A stretch of DNA of 64,000 bases from Mobula hypostoma (Eukaryota), in NCBI RefSeq assembly GCF_963921235.1, contig NC_086108.1, forward strand, positions 61,754,001 to 61,818,000, written 5' to 3'. The number at the start of each line of letters is the position of its first letter. The stretch's first letter is position 1. The notes under the pieces were generated by a model. The model was not told where the DNA came from and searched no databases. It saw nothing but the letters and a program-made list of their open reading frames with translations. Both the position numbers and the translations under genes were made by a program. Shown here piece after piece: positions 14,165-27,480 of this stretch.

Positions 14165-14494
14165 TACAACTACATATTAAAGCACAACTTCTTAATTCTT
14201 CTTAAAGTTATGAAGTTTTGGACTTTAAATTATAACTTTTCAGCTAATAAAGCTACTGAAGGGGAGAATGATATCATTAAGCCGTGAGATTTACTACAAT
14301 TAAGACATTTAAAGTAAAGAGCTTTCTCGACCTCTGAATATTTCAAGGCACTTGGGTGAATTTCTTTTGAAGTACTACCACCTGTCATCTAGGAAATATA
14401 GGACACAAAACGACTCCACAAATGGCAATGATAAAATAATTAATTGAGGCATAAAATGCCAGACTTAATGGCATTATTTTACAGAAGACCAAGG

Positions 14495-14945
14495 AGTGCA
14501 GTAATGAAAAGTTGGACAAACTTGGTTGGTTTCTTTGGAATGGCAGAGGCTGAAGGGATATCTGATAGAGGTTTATCAGACTATGAGGGGCATAGATAGA
14601 GTAGACAGACAATATCTTTTTCCCAGGGTTGAAAAGTCTAATAACAGAGGGCATAAATTTAAGGGCAAGAGGAGGTCATTTCAAAGGCGATGGGAGGGGC
14701 AAGCTTTTCTTTACACAGAGTGGTGGGTGCCTGGAATATGCCACCTGGGTTGGTGGGAGAGGCAGATACTTCAGATACTTTTAAGAGAAGTTTACAAGGG
14801 CATATGAATGTGAGGAAAATGGAAGGATATGGAGAATGGGTAGGAGGAGGGGACTAATTTAGTTGGCCATTTGATTACTAATTTAATTGGTTTGGTACAA
14901 CATTGAGGGCTGAGTGGCCAGTTTCTGTGCTGTATTGTTCTTTAT
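14495..14945 (+). mobile_element. CR1 LINE 3' end
   Basis: ORF 14526-14807 reads SLEWQRLKGYLIEVYQTMRGIDRVD...RGHKFK, followed by a CR1-type 3'UTR. Confidence 0.85.
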
Positions 14946-16084
14946 TCTGTTTTACGTTACATAAAGTCGCCTCTTATTCTTCTTGACTCCTAAGAGAAAA
15001 GCCCTTGCTCACTTAACCTTTCCTCATAAGACATGCTCAGGCAGCATGCTGGTTAACCTCCTCTGCACCCTCTGTAAAGCTTCCACATCCTTCCTATAAT
15101 GAGGTGACAAGAACTGAACACAGTACTCCAAGTGTGGTCTAACTAGAGTTTTACACAGCTGCAATATTACCTTGTGGCTCTTGAGCTCAATTCCCCGACT
15201 AATAAAGGCCAACGCACTATATTTCTTGTTAACCACCCTAAGTGACTCGCATGACAACTTTGAGGGATCTGTGGACTTGGACCTGAAGACTTCTCTGTTT
15301 GACACTGCTAAAAACACTGCCATTAACCTTGTATTCTGCCTTTATGTTTGATTTTCCAAAATGTATGACCTCATACCTTTCCAGATTGAAATCCATCTGC
15401 CTCTTCTCAACTCAGCTCTACACCCTGCCTATATCCTGTTGTAACTTACAATAGCCTTCTGTAGTATCCACAACATCACCAACTTTCAAGGCACCTGAAA
15501 ATTACTAACCCACCCTTCCACTTCCTCATCTGAATCATTTATACAAATCATCAAGAGTAGGGCTTCCATCACAGACCCCCTACAGAACACCACTAGCCAC
15601 TGACCTCCAGGGAGAATACACTCTATCTACCTCGACCCTCAGCATTATGTGGACAAGCCAATTCCGAATCCATGCAGCAAAGTTTTTATGAATGTAATTC
15701 CTGATGACTTTCCTGATGAGCCTACCACGGTGAAATTTGTCAAATACCCTACAAAAAAATCCACAAATACCACATCCACCATTCTACTTTCATCAATTTG
15801 TTTTGTCACTTCCTAGAAAAACTCACTCGAGGCTGTGAGGCACGACTTGTTCGTTACAAAGCTATGGTGACTATCACAAATAAGGCTATGCTTCTCCAAA
15901 TACTCATAATTCCTGTCCCAAAGATTCCTCTCCACCACTGACATAAGACTCACTGGTCTATAATTCCCAGAAATAATCCTATTACCTTTTTCAAATAATG
16001 GAACATTTGCATCTTCAGATCCTCTGATACAACACAAAAATTATCATCAATGCCCCAGTATTAACTTCCCTCACCTTACATAGT

Positions 16085-17280
16085 AGTTCAAGTTCAAGGC
16101 CAAGGTCAAGTTTAATTATCATTCAATCATACAGGAACACAGCTAAACAAAACAGCATTTCTCCAGGGCCAAGGTACAAAGCACAGGACCAACAGTTGTA
16201 CGCAACACAAGGCATATACAACACACACAAAATGCTGGAAGATCTCAACAGGTCAGGCAGCATTTATGGAAATTAATAGATAGTCTATGTTTCAGGCTGA
16301 GACCCTTCTTCAGGACTGAGAAGGAAGAGGAAAGATGCCTGAATAAAAAGGTGGGGGGAAGGGAAAGAGACTAGCTGGAAAATGATAGATGAAGTCAGGT
16401 GGGTGGGAAAGGCCAAGGGCTGGATAAGAAGGAATCTAGTAGGAGAGGAGAGTGGACCAGAGGAGAAAAGGAAGGAGGAGGGGACACGGGGAGAAGTAAT
16501 TGGCAGGTGAAAAAAGGTAAAAGGTCAGAGTGGGGAACAGAAGAAGGGGGGATTTAATTTGTTTACCAGAAGGAGAAATCATTATTCTTACCATCAGGTT
16601 GGAGGCTACCCACAAGGAATATAAGGTGCTGTTCCTCCACCCTGGGAGTGGCCTCATCTTTGCACAAAAGGAAGCCATGGATATATAAGAGAGCAAGTAG
16701 CTATCTCATCTTCTAAGATAGGACAGCAAGCTAGCAAGTATACAGTCACAAGGAGAAAAATATCTATTGCTTGAGTCCATGAGTGACATGGCCTGTAAAT
16801 TGATGGTGCATGGGCTTTATCATCAAGAAGTTCTCATTAGACCGCAGATGAACATATGTACAGTATGCATGCAATAGAGCTCATCATTCCACTGATGATC
16901 ACTGGAGGCAGCACCGGCAGAAGCGGGCAGTCCCCAATTCAGTGTGGACACCGCTTCACTGCCTCCGGCGTCTCCTCTCCTTGACTGCTGCAAAAGACAA
17001 GCCGGCGGCTTGAGGCCTAGTTCTCACTGCAACCGAGGCCACGCAGCTACCTCATCTTCTGTCTTCCCAATAAACAAGGGAAATGGACCTGCAGCAATGC
17101 CTTCTGGTAGCAGGCAGGCACCAAGTCCAACTCCTGCAGCTTCTCCACCAATGAGCAGCTCACTAATGGGGTAGGTCTGCAGTACCTGAAGTTCTTAAAG
17201 TATCCTGTGCTCATAAAATAGATGTTTAAAAAAGACAAAAGTACCTTTGGTTTGCCCCCAAATTGGCTGCTGCATCTAAT
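16085..17280 (-). mobile_element. Non-autonomous retroelement with (TTGAAC)n-like tail, itself interrupted by a PLE fragment
   Basis: Tail GTTCAAGTTCAAG...TTTAATT at 16085-16120. Non-coding body continues at ~16700-17280. It separates the two CR1 pieces. Confidence 0.5.
16218..16690 (-). mobile_element. Penelope-like element 3' fragment
   Basis: CAACACACACAAAATGCTGGAAGATCTCAACAGGTCAGGCAGCAT terminus and GIY-YIG tail match 29646-30130 and 40795-41440. Confidence 0.8.
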
Positions 17281-18874
17281 TTGAAGTGATCTACGATAAC
17301 AAGCCTGTTCTTTTTGCACCTTTCCAAAATCTGCCTGTTTATCTGTATGTTCCAGTGACCCTGTTGCTATTAGGGGGCCTATTGAATATAGAGTGGTTGC
17401 TACTTTCCTGATTCTGACTTCCACCCAAAATGGCTCAGTAGACAATCCCTCTATGATATCCACCCTTTCTGTGCCTGTAATGCCACCCTTTTTACTCTCT
17501 TCTATCCATTTTGAAACATCTAAACCCTGGAACATCAAGCAGCCAAAAATGCCCTTGTGACAACAAAGTCCCTGTAATGGCCACAACACCGTAATTCCAC
17601 ATACTGATCCATGTCCTAAGTTCATTAGCTTTGTTCTCAATATCTCTCGCATTGAGATAAACACATTTCAACCCATTCAGCTGACTGCATTTATGTCTTG
17701 ACCGCTGCCTATCCTTCCACACAGTCTCTCTGCACATTTCATCTACCCTTACATCAACTGCTCCATCACCTGACCTAACACTCTGGATCCCATTCTGCCA
17801 AACCGGATAAACCCTCCCCAACAGCTCTAGCAAACCTACCTGAAAGGATATCGGAATCAGGTTTAATATTATTGGCATATGTCATGAAATTTGTTGTTGG
17901 TCGTTTACATTGAAGTGAAGGAATAGGAAAAGAGAAGCAGTTACAGAGACAATGAAAACTGGAAGATTTCAAGAACATTTTGAAGGCTAATATTTGAAAA
18001 AAGCACTTCGAAAAATAGCTATTTTTTGATTGCTTGATCATTCAAAAGTATCAGGATTATAATAGACCTGGACATACTGAACATTTTGGATTAGAGCTTA
18101 CAACTGATCATAAGATATTAACTATACCAATCCTTTCATCACAACCATATAATAGGGTGTAGAGATGACAGGCTAATCTAATCTGTATTCAAATTCTGAC
18201 TTCCTAAGTCATTGCATTTCCACAGTGTGAATGACAGAAGGGATAAGTATCACTTTTTACAGAGATCCAGAATGGATTCAGACTTCAGACTTCTGTGTCT
18301 AATGCATCCTTTGAAAGGAACAATTTTCCAATAGTAGCAGAGGGAAAGGAAGTGGGTGGGAGGTAGGAATTACATTGAGCTGTGACTAAATATAGCTTCT
18401 CAGTTTTGATAAACTAGCGCACGATAAGAAATACTATTTTTTCCTCAACAAAATGTTTATTGTCTGAAAATAATGACAAATTTTTAAAAATCAGCTTTTA
18501 GCATTAATAAATACAATTAGTCCTCTGCTCAAAAAATGCATTTTAAAGCACAGTGAGTCATGCAATGAAAACTGTCTTGATTTGAGGTTTATTGTTGAGC
18601 CTTGGCCATCGAAGAGGTGCTGCTCCTAAATTCAGATTGAACTTTGTTGAAGCAGCAAAGGAGGACAAATATAGGAAGGTCAGAGTGGGAGTGGGATAGA
18701 GAATTCAAGGCCAGGCAACTGGAAACGCAAGGTCAAGTTTGCAGACTTAATGGAAGCCTTTCTGCAAAGCAGATATCCAATTTGTGTTTGGTTTCCCCAA
18801 TGCTGAGAAGACTATTTGAGAGCACCGATTTCAGTAAATGAAATCAGAACTAGTAAATCTTTGCAGTGGTGATT

Positions 18875-19153
18875 TCGAGAAATGGTGTGAAACAGGCCCT
18901 TGCAACCCAAAGAATCGCACCCACCCAGCAAACCAACTATTTAAACCTGGCCTAATCACAGGTTCATTTGTAATGACCAATTAATCTACTAATCAATACA
19001 TCTTTGGAGGGAGGAAACCGGAGCATTTGGAGGAAACCCAAGAGTTCATGGGGAGGACATACAAACTTCTTACAGATGTCATAAATTAACTCCAAACTTC
19101 GATGCCCCGAGATATAATAGTGTCGCACTAACCATTATGCTACTGTGGGGCCC
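18875..19153 (-). mobile_element. tRNA-derived V-SINE (HE1-like)
   Basis: The reverse complement contains the V-domain core TGGGTTTCCTCCAAATGCTCCGGTTTCCTCCC.CCAAAGATG, with a tRNA-like head and a CR1-like tail (AAGGGCCTGTTTC). Confidence 0.75.
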
Positions 19154-19334
19154 TAGTTCTGCAGGTACTGATTGGCTAGAAGGGTGTAGGTAAAAGGGCA
19201 GGGGTTGCATCTCTTAAAGTCATCCAGGAAGAAGCTGTAAGAATGGAAGTTGGTATTGACTGAGATAGAAAAATGAACAGCAAACCCTGGATGGAAATGT
19301 CCCGTTGGAATCAACTTATTTAACTCTATTTATG

Positions 19335-20020
19335 CTGGTTTCATTGAAAGCGGTGGCACAGGTAGATACAGTCGTAAAGAAAGCTTTTGGCACATTGGTC
19401 TTCATAAATCAAAGTATCGAGTACAGAAGATGGGATGTTAAGTTGATGTCATATAAGACTTTGGAAAGGCCTAATTTGGAGTGTTTTGTGCAGTCTTTTT
19501 TCACCTACCCACAGGAAAGAAACAAATAAAGATGAAAGAGTACAGAGAAAATTTATAAAGGTGTTGCCATGACTGGAGGACCCGGGTTATGAGGAAAGAT
19601 TGACTAGGTTAGGACTTTATTCCTTGGAATGCAGAAGCTTGAAGGGGAGATTTAATAGAGGTATCCAAAATTATGAGATGTATAGACAGGGTAATTGCAA
19701 GTAATGCTTTTTCCATTGAGGTTGGGTGGTACTACAACCAGAGTTCATGGGTTAAGTGAAAGGTAAAATATTTAAGGGGAACATGAGGGGAAACTACTTC
19801 ACTCAGAGGGTCATGAGAGTATAGAATGAGCTGCCAGAGCAAGTGGAGCATGCAAGCTCGATTTCAATGTTTAAGCAAAGTTATGGATGGTAGGGGTATG
19901 GAGATCTATGGTCCCAGTGCAGGTTGATGGGATTAGGCAGTTTTGATGGTTCAGCATGGACTAGATAGGCTGAATGGCTTGTTTCTGTGGTGTATTTTCC
20001 TATGTCTCTATGACTCTAAT
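19335..20020 (+). mobile_element. CR1 LINE 3' portion
   Basis: QVDTVVKKAFGTL.FINQSIEY...RPNLEC. The tail ends TTCCTATGTCTCTATGACTCTA. Confidence 0.85.
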
Positions 20021-20854
20021 CCTGAAAGGGGAGAGGGTATGATGTGCATTTTTGCAACTTTTGCATTGAAATTTGCAGAAATTATTAATGAAATCTATAA
20101 AATGTGGGGGCAAATAGGGTGGAAGTTGAGGTTGTTAAATCTTATTCTTTTCTAGGTAGGAACAGATATGTGGGAAATTGAACAGACACACAGGGAGCTC
20201 TATCAACTATCGTGAAAAGGAAATCAGTTTAAATTGGCCTCCCAAAAGTACCAATTTGAAAAGTGTCAAAATAAGAAAATATATGATGGAATCAGACAAA
20301 CTGGAAATTGAGGTACAGTAAACAAGTTGAGAGCAGCAGTCAAGATAGTTGTAAGAGTCTTGTAATAGATTGCTACGGGAATAGTAAGTAACCTGATGTT
20401 TGTCTTTTTTGTTGCTATTTAATAGCCATCTGGCAGGTCGGCCAGAATCCCAACTCCCATCTCTCCTCATCTGATTTATTCTTCAATACTTAATTCTCCA
20501 CTTTAATATCCTCTTTATTTTTCTGTAGGGAAAGGTCAGGCCTTCGACATGTCTCTCTACCAGATTCAGCACAATCGAGATCAGCTCATCATGCCCAACC
20601 ATTCCTTAGTTCAATGAGCCCAATGGAGTTGAGCTACAGCTGGGTAGATTGAAGTCCAAGGATTGTTGTTCTCAACAAACGTTGGTGTAAGTAGTGGTCA
20701 TGGAAAATAAAATTGAAGGAGAGATTAGTAAAAGATCAAAAGGTTACATGAAGAAAAGCCTTTTTTACTTAGTAAAATATCGTGACCCAAATGGTATTCG
20801 CCGAAAATCTAGTTGAAGAAGTTGAGATATAACAGAAATGAATGGGCCCAAGGA

Positions 20855-21555
20855 GAATATTTTGGGGTCCGAGTCCATAGGACACTCAAAGCTGCTGTGC
20901 AGGTTAACTGTGTAGTTAAAAGGGCATACGGTGCCTTGGCCTTCATCAGCCGTGGGATTGAGTTCAAGAGCCAAGAGGTAATATTACAGCTATATAGGAC
21001 CCTGGTCAGACCCCACTTGGAGTACTGTGCTCAGTGCTGGTCACCTCACTACAGGAAGGATGTGGAAACTATAGAAAGGGTGCAGAGGAGATTTTCAAGG
21101 ATGGTTCCTGGATTGGCAAGTATGCCTTATGAGAAGAGGTTGAGTGAATTTGACCTTTTCTCCTTGGAGCAACGGAAGATGAGAGGTGAGCTGATAGAGG
21201 TGTATAAGATGATGAGAGGCATTGATTGTGTGGGTAGTCAGAGGCTTTTTCCCAAGGCTGAAATGGCTAATGCGGGACGGCACAGTTTTAAGGTGCCTGG
21301 AAGTAGGTACAGAGCAGATGTCAGAGGTAAGTTTTTTTATGCAGAGAGTGGTGAGTGCTTAGAATGGGCTGCCGGCAACAGTGATGGAGGCGGATACGAT
21401 AGGGTCTTTTAAGAGACTCCTGGATAGGTACATGGAGCTTAGAAAAATAGGTGCTATGGGTAATCCGAGGTAATTTCTAAAGTAAGTACATGTTCGGCAC
21501 AGCGTTGTGGGCTGAACGGCCTGTATTGTGCTGCAGGTTTTCTATGTTTCTATGT
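20855..21555 (+). mobile_element. CR1 LINE 3' portion
   Basis: ORF 20813-21412 has LYRTLVRPHLEYCAQCWSPHYRKDVETIERVQRRF. (TTCTATGT)n tail at ~21540-21555. Confidence 0.9.
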
Positions 21556-23875
21556 CTTTTACTAACATGTTTTATTTGTGCCTTCCGGTTTCATTTGCCT
21601 GAGCCAGCTGTGTCAATTTGTTCATAGTTTATGAAGTATTAATTAGTTCTTCTCAATTCTTCTCTCCTAAGGGATAAAAGAATGCCTCTATTTCCTATTC
21701 CCACTAAGGTATCCCATGGCTACTGTATAATAATTGCAGTATAGGAAGTGAGAGAGCCATAGTATGCAGTGAATGAGTTAAAAACATGTTTGTGCCTTTT
21801 GTGTGTTTTTGCCTAAGGCAGATAAACATTTTTTGGTCTAGGTCATGGTAGCCTGATACTACCAGCATCATTACTTCTGAAATATTTCTGTACATGTAAA
21901 AGTAAGGTCAAACTGTCAGCAATGCCATTCAAAAATAGATGATAGAATTGTCATATTTTGCCAGCTGTAGATTCATTTTGCCCCCTGGACATTAACATAC
22001 CACTGGGAATCATCTGCTCTACAAAATAGTCTCAGTCTTGTCTAGTTCAAAGCACTCCACGTACTTCTCAATTCTTATCAGTTAAGGCACAGGCGATGTT
22101 AAGTATATGCCCATCTGTCAAGTAGATTTGTAAACAGATTATTACCAATTGTCCACAGTTGCTGATTTCTAAGTATTACAAATACATTACAAAAAAAAGG
22201 CTTCATCATATGAAACAAAGTGCCTTCCACAGACCCACCAATTTATCATGTCGCAAGTACGATGAAGTGAAAAATCCCCTTTATTCAGGACTGTGACTCA
22301 GCTAACACTAACTGATCTCCTTCCACCATGGGTACAACTGGCCATTCAATGATTGCTGCGTCCAAAACAGCATTTGAAATTTTCTGGCTTCAAAATTGGC
22401 TGGAAAATTACAAGCCTTGTGCGGTGGAATTCTGGAATATATAATTGTAGTTAATAATTTTAATCAACAACATGCATTTTTGGAAAGGGGCATTATATGG
22501 CAAAAATATTTGGAGACCAGACATCCCTACAGGGCATAGCCTAATGAAAGAAGAATGTGCACTCATCTTCATGGAATTAATTTATTTTCTTTTTCCCCTC
22601 ACTCCATTTAGAACTAACCTCTTATCTCCAGATTTTACTCAGCTAAAAATAGCCACTTAATGAGCTAAGATTGCCAATGTAAGCTTCAAGAGCATCAATA
22701 ATCATTTTTCTTTTTTGGTCACAGCTGCAACAGTAGAGAGTGATATGTCAGTGACAATGGTGCCCTTAACACCACACAGAACACACTATACCAGTACAAC
22801 AGAATCCAATCCAATTCTCAACAATAGATAACAGTTTCCATAACACCCAACTAAAATGCCACAACATGGAGGCCGGTACTGTTTCCCTATAACTTCCTGT
22901 CTTATCTTGAGGCAGCTTCTGGGCCACACAATCAATATGAAAAAGCCAACTATGGAGGAACAGATTAACATGATTTATCTTTGTTAAAATCCCATATAGT
23001 TAGAAACAAATTAGTACATCTGCTTTCTGGCTGCACAGTGCTAGTAAATAATTAGGAGACCCTCATTTATTTTTTAAGACAGGACACTAAGCTTCACATT
23101 TAGTTTCAGATATTTAAACAGTGTAGAAAGGTAAGAATACTATTTTCAACAGCAATGCCTTTGTTAAACAATCAGAAATATTACCTTTAATGTACAATTA
23201 CCAAGTTTAATTAAGAGGCTTCCCTGATTATTCAATTGGTAAATGCACATTGAAGCATTGAACCAGATAGCCAAGATGGTCTCCACTTCAACCTCAGTTC
23301 TATGCTTTTGTTTCGCATTATAGTTTATTGCATCTCAGCAATGAGAAGGGACTTGGTTTCCGACCTCTCAATTATATTTCATGATTTCATTTGTGACATC
23401 TGTCAAGCTTCTGTGCCCATACCCTCCCGTGACAACAATCATTTGGCCAAAGTTTCATCATTACGAATTGGCTGAAACATTGCCTGGGCAATGTTTTAAA
23501 GGGCAAGAGGACCCCGGCAAAACCCTCTGCAGGAGCTCAAAGGTAATCATTTCTAATAAGGTATTACAATATTGCGCTGATCAAAAAGGAGCTGTATCTG
23601 AAAAACTGGAACCCTATGGCAAAAGTTAAGGAGGGAAACTAAGTGGATTGCACTCACATGGAGTCTGTATGGATATAATTAGCTGAATGGCCTCTTTCCA
23701 ACCTGCTGCCATGCATTGATGACTGCCAGTGTAATAATGCAGAGTAGGAAGACTCTATAAATAAATAGGAGGCTGAGGAGATGGTGGAACAGAGTTTTAG
23801 AATCCTGGGGCACTGGGACAAATGGTGGAAGAGATGGGACTGGTTGTACTTCAATATCCTTGAGGTTTTTTTAAA

Positions 23876-24225
23876 AATCAGAATCAGGTTTATTATCACC
23901 AGCATGTGACTTGAAATTTGTTAACTTAGCAGCAGCAATTCAATGCAATACACAATCTAGCAGAGAAATAATAATAATAATAATAATAAAGTAAATCAAT
24001 TAGATATATTGATTAGATTTTAAAAACGTGCAAAAACAGTAATACTGAATATAAAAACAAGTGAGGTAGTGTCCAAAGATTCAATGTCTATTTAGGAATC
24101 GGATGGCAGAGGGGAAGAAGCTGTTCCTGAATCGCTGAGTGTGTGTCTTCAGGTTTTTATACTTCCTACCTCATAGTAACAGTGAGAAAAGGGCATGCCC
24201 TGAGTGCTGGAGGTCCTTAATAATG
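23876..24225 (-). mobile_element. Rex1/Babar-type 3' end inserted in an old CR1 ORF1 remnant (~23480-24265)
   Basis: AATCAGAATCAGGTTTATT tail and GGGAAGAAGCTGTTCCTGAA are shared with the other Rex1 ends. The flanks resemble the esterase region of the CR1 at 42831-43200. Confidence 0.7.
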
Positions 24226-24644
24226 GAGAGTTGATAGTAGGTTAAAACTAACTTGCTGGAGGAATGGGATTACGACATTATCTATAACAAGATGAGCATA
24301 ATTCCTGACAGGACCTCAATTTGTCTGAAGAAACCTCCAACAATTTACTGTGTACCAATCTGAAAATGTGTCAGTGCTTAAAGGCACCCTCCACGTGGTA
24401 GCCAGAAACAAGAAACATGCATTCTGATGAAATGAGTGGAGAGCCCTAGATTTTGGGAGAGGGGCCTGAATATTCTTGTCATCAAGTAGATGCCAGGAGG
24501 GAGGACAAGTACAACTAGGGGCAACATAAGATGACTTATTTTCTCTCCTTCTCAGTTCTGACAAAGAGTCTTTGACCTAAAATACGAAGTCTGTTTCTCT
24601 TTTCACAGGTGCTATGTAATTTGCTCATTATTATCAGAATTTTC

Positions 24645-26380
24645 AAGGTTTTAATTGACCATACCTATATGTCACCACATACAACCCTGAGATTCTTTGT
24701 TCCCCATGGGCATACTCAGCAAATCTATAGAATAATAACTATAAGACAATCAATAAAGGATCAAGTAAAGCTTAGAGACAACAAACTGTGCAAATGCAAA
24801 TGTAAATAAATAGCAATAAATAACGAGAGCACGAAATAACAAGATAAAGTGTCCTTAAACTGAGATCACTGGTTATAGGAACATTTCAATAGATGAGTAT
24901 AGTTAACCCCTTTTGCTCAAGAGTCTGATGGCTGAGGGGTAGTAACCATTCTTGATTCTGGTGGTCCCAGTCCTAAGGCTCTTGTACCTTCCCTCCGATG
25001 GCAGCAGCGAGTGGCTGGTGAGGATCTTTGATTATGGATGTTGCTTTCTTATGACAGTGTTTCGCGTGGATGTACTCAGTAATTGGAAGGGCTTTACCTG
25101 GGATGTACTGGCCTGAATCCAAAGGTTCAAAAGTTCATTTATTATCAAAGTATGTACCTATATACAACTCTGAGATTCATCTTCTCCAGATAGCCACAAA
25201 ACAAAGAAAGAACATGAAAGTCATTCAGAGAGAAACATCAAACCCATCACCCCCTAAACGAAAAAGAATGGTATCATGATCATCAGTCCCCACCAAACAC
25301 CCCTCCCCTGCACTGGGGGGAACAAGAACATCGACAGCCTCCAACCCCCCTCCCGCGCACAAAATGGAGCAAGAACATCGATCCCAAAACGCCCTCCCCT
25401 GCACAAATGGAACAAGAGTATAGACCCCAAAACAACCCCCCCTCCACAAAAAAACTGACAGAATGCAACAAGAAAATCAACCCCCAAACCCCTCCCCTCA
25501 CACAAGAAAATGGAAAAGGAAGGGTTGAAAAAAAGACACAGACTATCAAAAAGTCCACAGTCCATAAACACAATGGTCTAATCCATAAATGCAGAACCAT
25601 GATACCATCTTCCAGCATCACCGATACTCATTGAAAGAGAGTGACACCACACGAGACAGAGGCCAACCCACCTGCCACAGCAAGCTACACAGCGATGGGC
25701 CGCTTACAGATCAGGCAGGCAGTCAGTGCTGAACTCCCGCTCGCATTCTGCATTCGCTTCAATGTCTCAATCTACCTCAACACTTTAATCAGCGATTAAT
25801 GGACGCTTTAATCAGCAAAATAGAGTCGAACATTGGCTCTAATTTTCTTTGCGCCGAGGCCATCCAAGTATGTGCTCACTTCCCAGAATCGTCTCGGAGA
25901 CAGCAAAGCACTGGATCACTCAATCGATCAAACCCACTAGCTTTCCTAGGATTTTCCATTCAAAGGCATTGGTGTTCCCATACCAAGCCATGATTCAGCC
26001 AGTCAATATACTCTCTACTACAGATCTATAGAAGTTTGTCCAAGTTTTTGATGTCATGCTGAATCTCCACAAACTCCTGAGAAAGTAGAGGCGCTGTTGT
26101 GCTTTCTTTGCAATTACATTTATATGATGGATCCAGCACAAGTCTTCTGAGATAGTTACACTCAGAAATTTAAAGTTACTGACCCTCTCCTCCTCTGACG
26201 AGGACTGGCTCTTGGATCTCTGGTTTCCCTCTCCTGAATTCTACAATCAGTTTCTTGGTTTTGCTGACACTGGGTGAAAGGTTGTTATCATGACACCACT
26301 CAGCCGAGTTTTCAATCACTCTCCTGAATGCTGATTTGCCACCACCTTTGATATGGCCCACAATCTCTCATCCTCTCAGA
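24645..26380 (-). mobile_element. Rex1/Babar-type LINE 3' portion, interrupted at ~25120-25930
   Basis: ORF 26176-26361 (AEWCHDNNLS.SVSKTKKLIVEFRR) is homologous to 62960-63060. Confidence 0.8.
25120..25930 (-). mobile_element. Non-autonomous retroelement carrying an internal ~40-50-bp minisatellite
   Basis: Tail AAAGGTTCAAAAGTTCATTTATT. Imperfect repeat unit CCCCTCCCCTGCAC...GGAACAAGAACATCGA, about 5 copies at ~25295-25520. Confidence 0.6.
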
Positions 26381-26624
26381 AAATACCATATTGAGTTAGC
26401 TATGAGCCACAGTAAGCAATTGAAACAAGGTCCATTTATTAAATGTCACACTAAATGTCATTTATTTATGTCTTATCATCAGTCCAGGTGTACCTGCAAA
26501 GTAGGGATTATGAAGTGAAGGCGGAACTCCCTAGTATGGTTATTTGTGTGTCATTTTGCTGAAAACTATTGGAGTGTGTGAGAGAGCCAGTGGGCTTCCC
26601 CTGGGAACTTTGCTTTAACTAGCA

Positions 26625-27480
26625 GGTGGAAGATGAGTTCCTTTTTATCAGAGAATCTCTTATATCATGTGTGGACAATGCTCATCTCCTCTCTCTGCTC
26701 AGCTGGAAGGATTTGGCTCTAGATGGTGTGCAAGGACATCCCCTGGTAGCTTTCCTTTTCCTCCTTCTCCTATTGTACCTGCTGCTCTTCAGACTCTGCC
26801 TCCCATTGAGATTGGGTCTGAGAGGAAAACGGATCAGCCATGGTGAAATGGCAGAGCAGACTCAATGGGCCAAATGGCCTAATTCTGCTCCTATGGAATT
26901 TTATCCGCCAAGTTCTGGGTTTCTCTGCAGCCCTTTCTCTGGCACCAACTATTGTCTTGAACCGCCAGATTGTACAGAATGAACACAATGCAATGAAGTC
27001 TTTGGGCTTGCTACATTCACCATCAGGATAATTTTCTAAGGCACTGCAACAAACTGGGGAAAATAAGACTTTTTTCTGTTAATGGAAGGGTCCAGCAATT
27101 TCAAAGAGGCTCATAGAAGCATGATTGCTGTCACTGGTTCCCTGCACTAATGGGAATCAGCACTGCTGGCAGAATACAGTGCCCAAGATACCGTGAGTTT
27201 CTTAATGAACTCAAGGTAGACAAAGTCCTCTTTTTCCAAATATGGGGCCTTCGTGATGTGTCTGATGCAGTAGGAGCAACATAGAGGGAGCCACATCAGC
27301 AGGCTGATCTGGAGATTTGGAGTGATCCTGGGACATGGAAGGTGGAAGTCAAGCTAACCCTGACCGCACTGCAGTTCAGCACAAAAGCACAGACCAAGGG
27401 CTCCCCACAGCAAAACATGCATCTCAGGATTGACACTTTTGGAAAATCTGAGCCTGCAAACATGTGATGCTACAGAGAGA
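26625..27480 (-). mobile_element. Fossil PIF/Harbinger DDE transposase (HARBI1-family-like), fragmented
   Basis: Manual minus-strand translation across frameshifts gives, in Harbinger order: RLRFSKSV.PEM..LL, AVRVSLTSTFHVPGSLQ, CIRHITKA, FPLVQGTSDSNHA (cf. GFPxVxGxIDCTH), INRKK, CIVFILYNLAVQ (cf. LHN), then an acidic tail and DIRDSLI. A CR1 3'-end fragment is inserted at ~26808-26897. Confidence 0.7.

Larger units (their letters stand above)
14960..17845 (-). mobile_element. CR1 LINE ORF2 pieces (RT 14960-16085, APE 17295-17845) split by nested insertions
   Basis: ORFs 15024-15323 (LVRPHLEYCVQF), 15813-16037 (NYRPVSL, SCLT) and 17492-17878 (LKCVYLNAR, VVAITGT, GFRCF) are collinear on the minus strand. 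Confidence 0.85.

Noticed and set aside
25295..25520. CRISPR-like repeat-spacer array
   Set aside because: The units are degenerate tandem repeats without unique spacers, the context is eukaryotic, and there are no cas genes.
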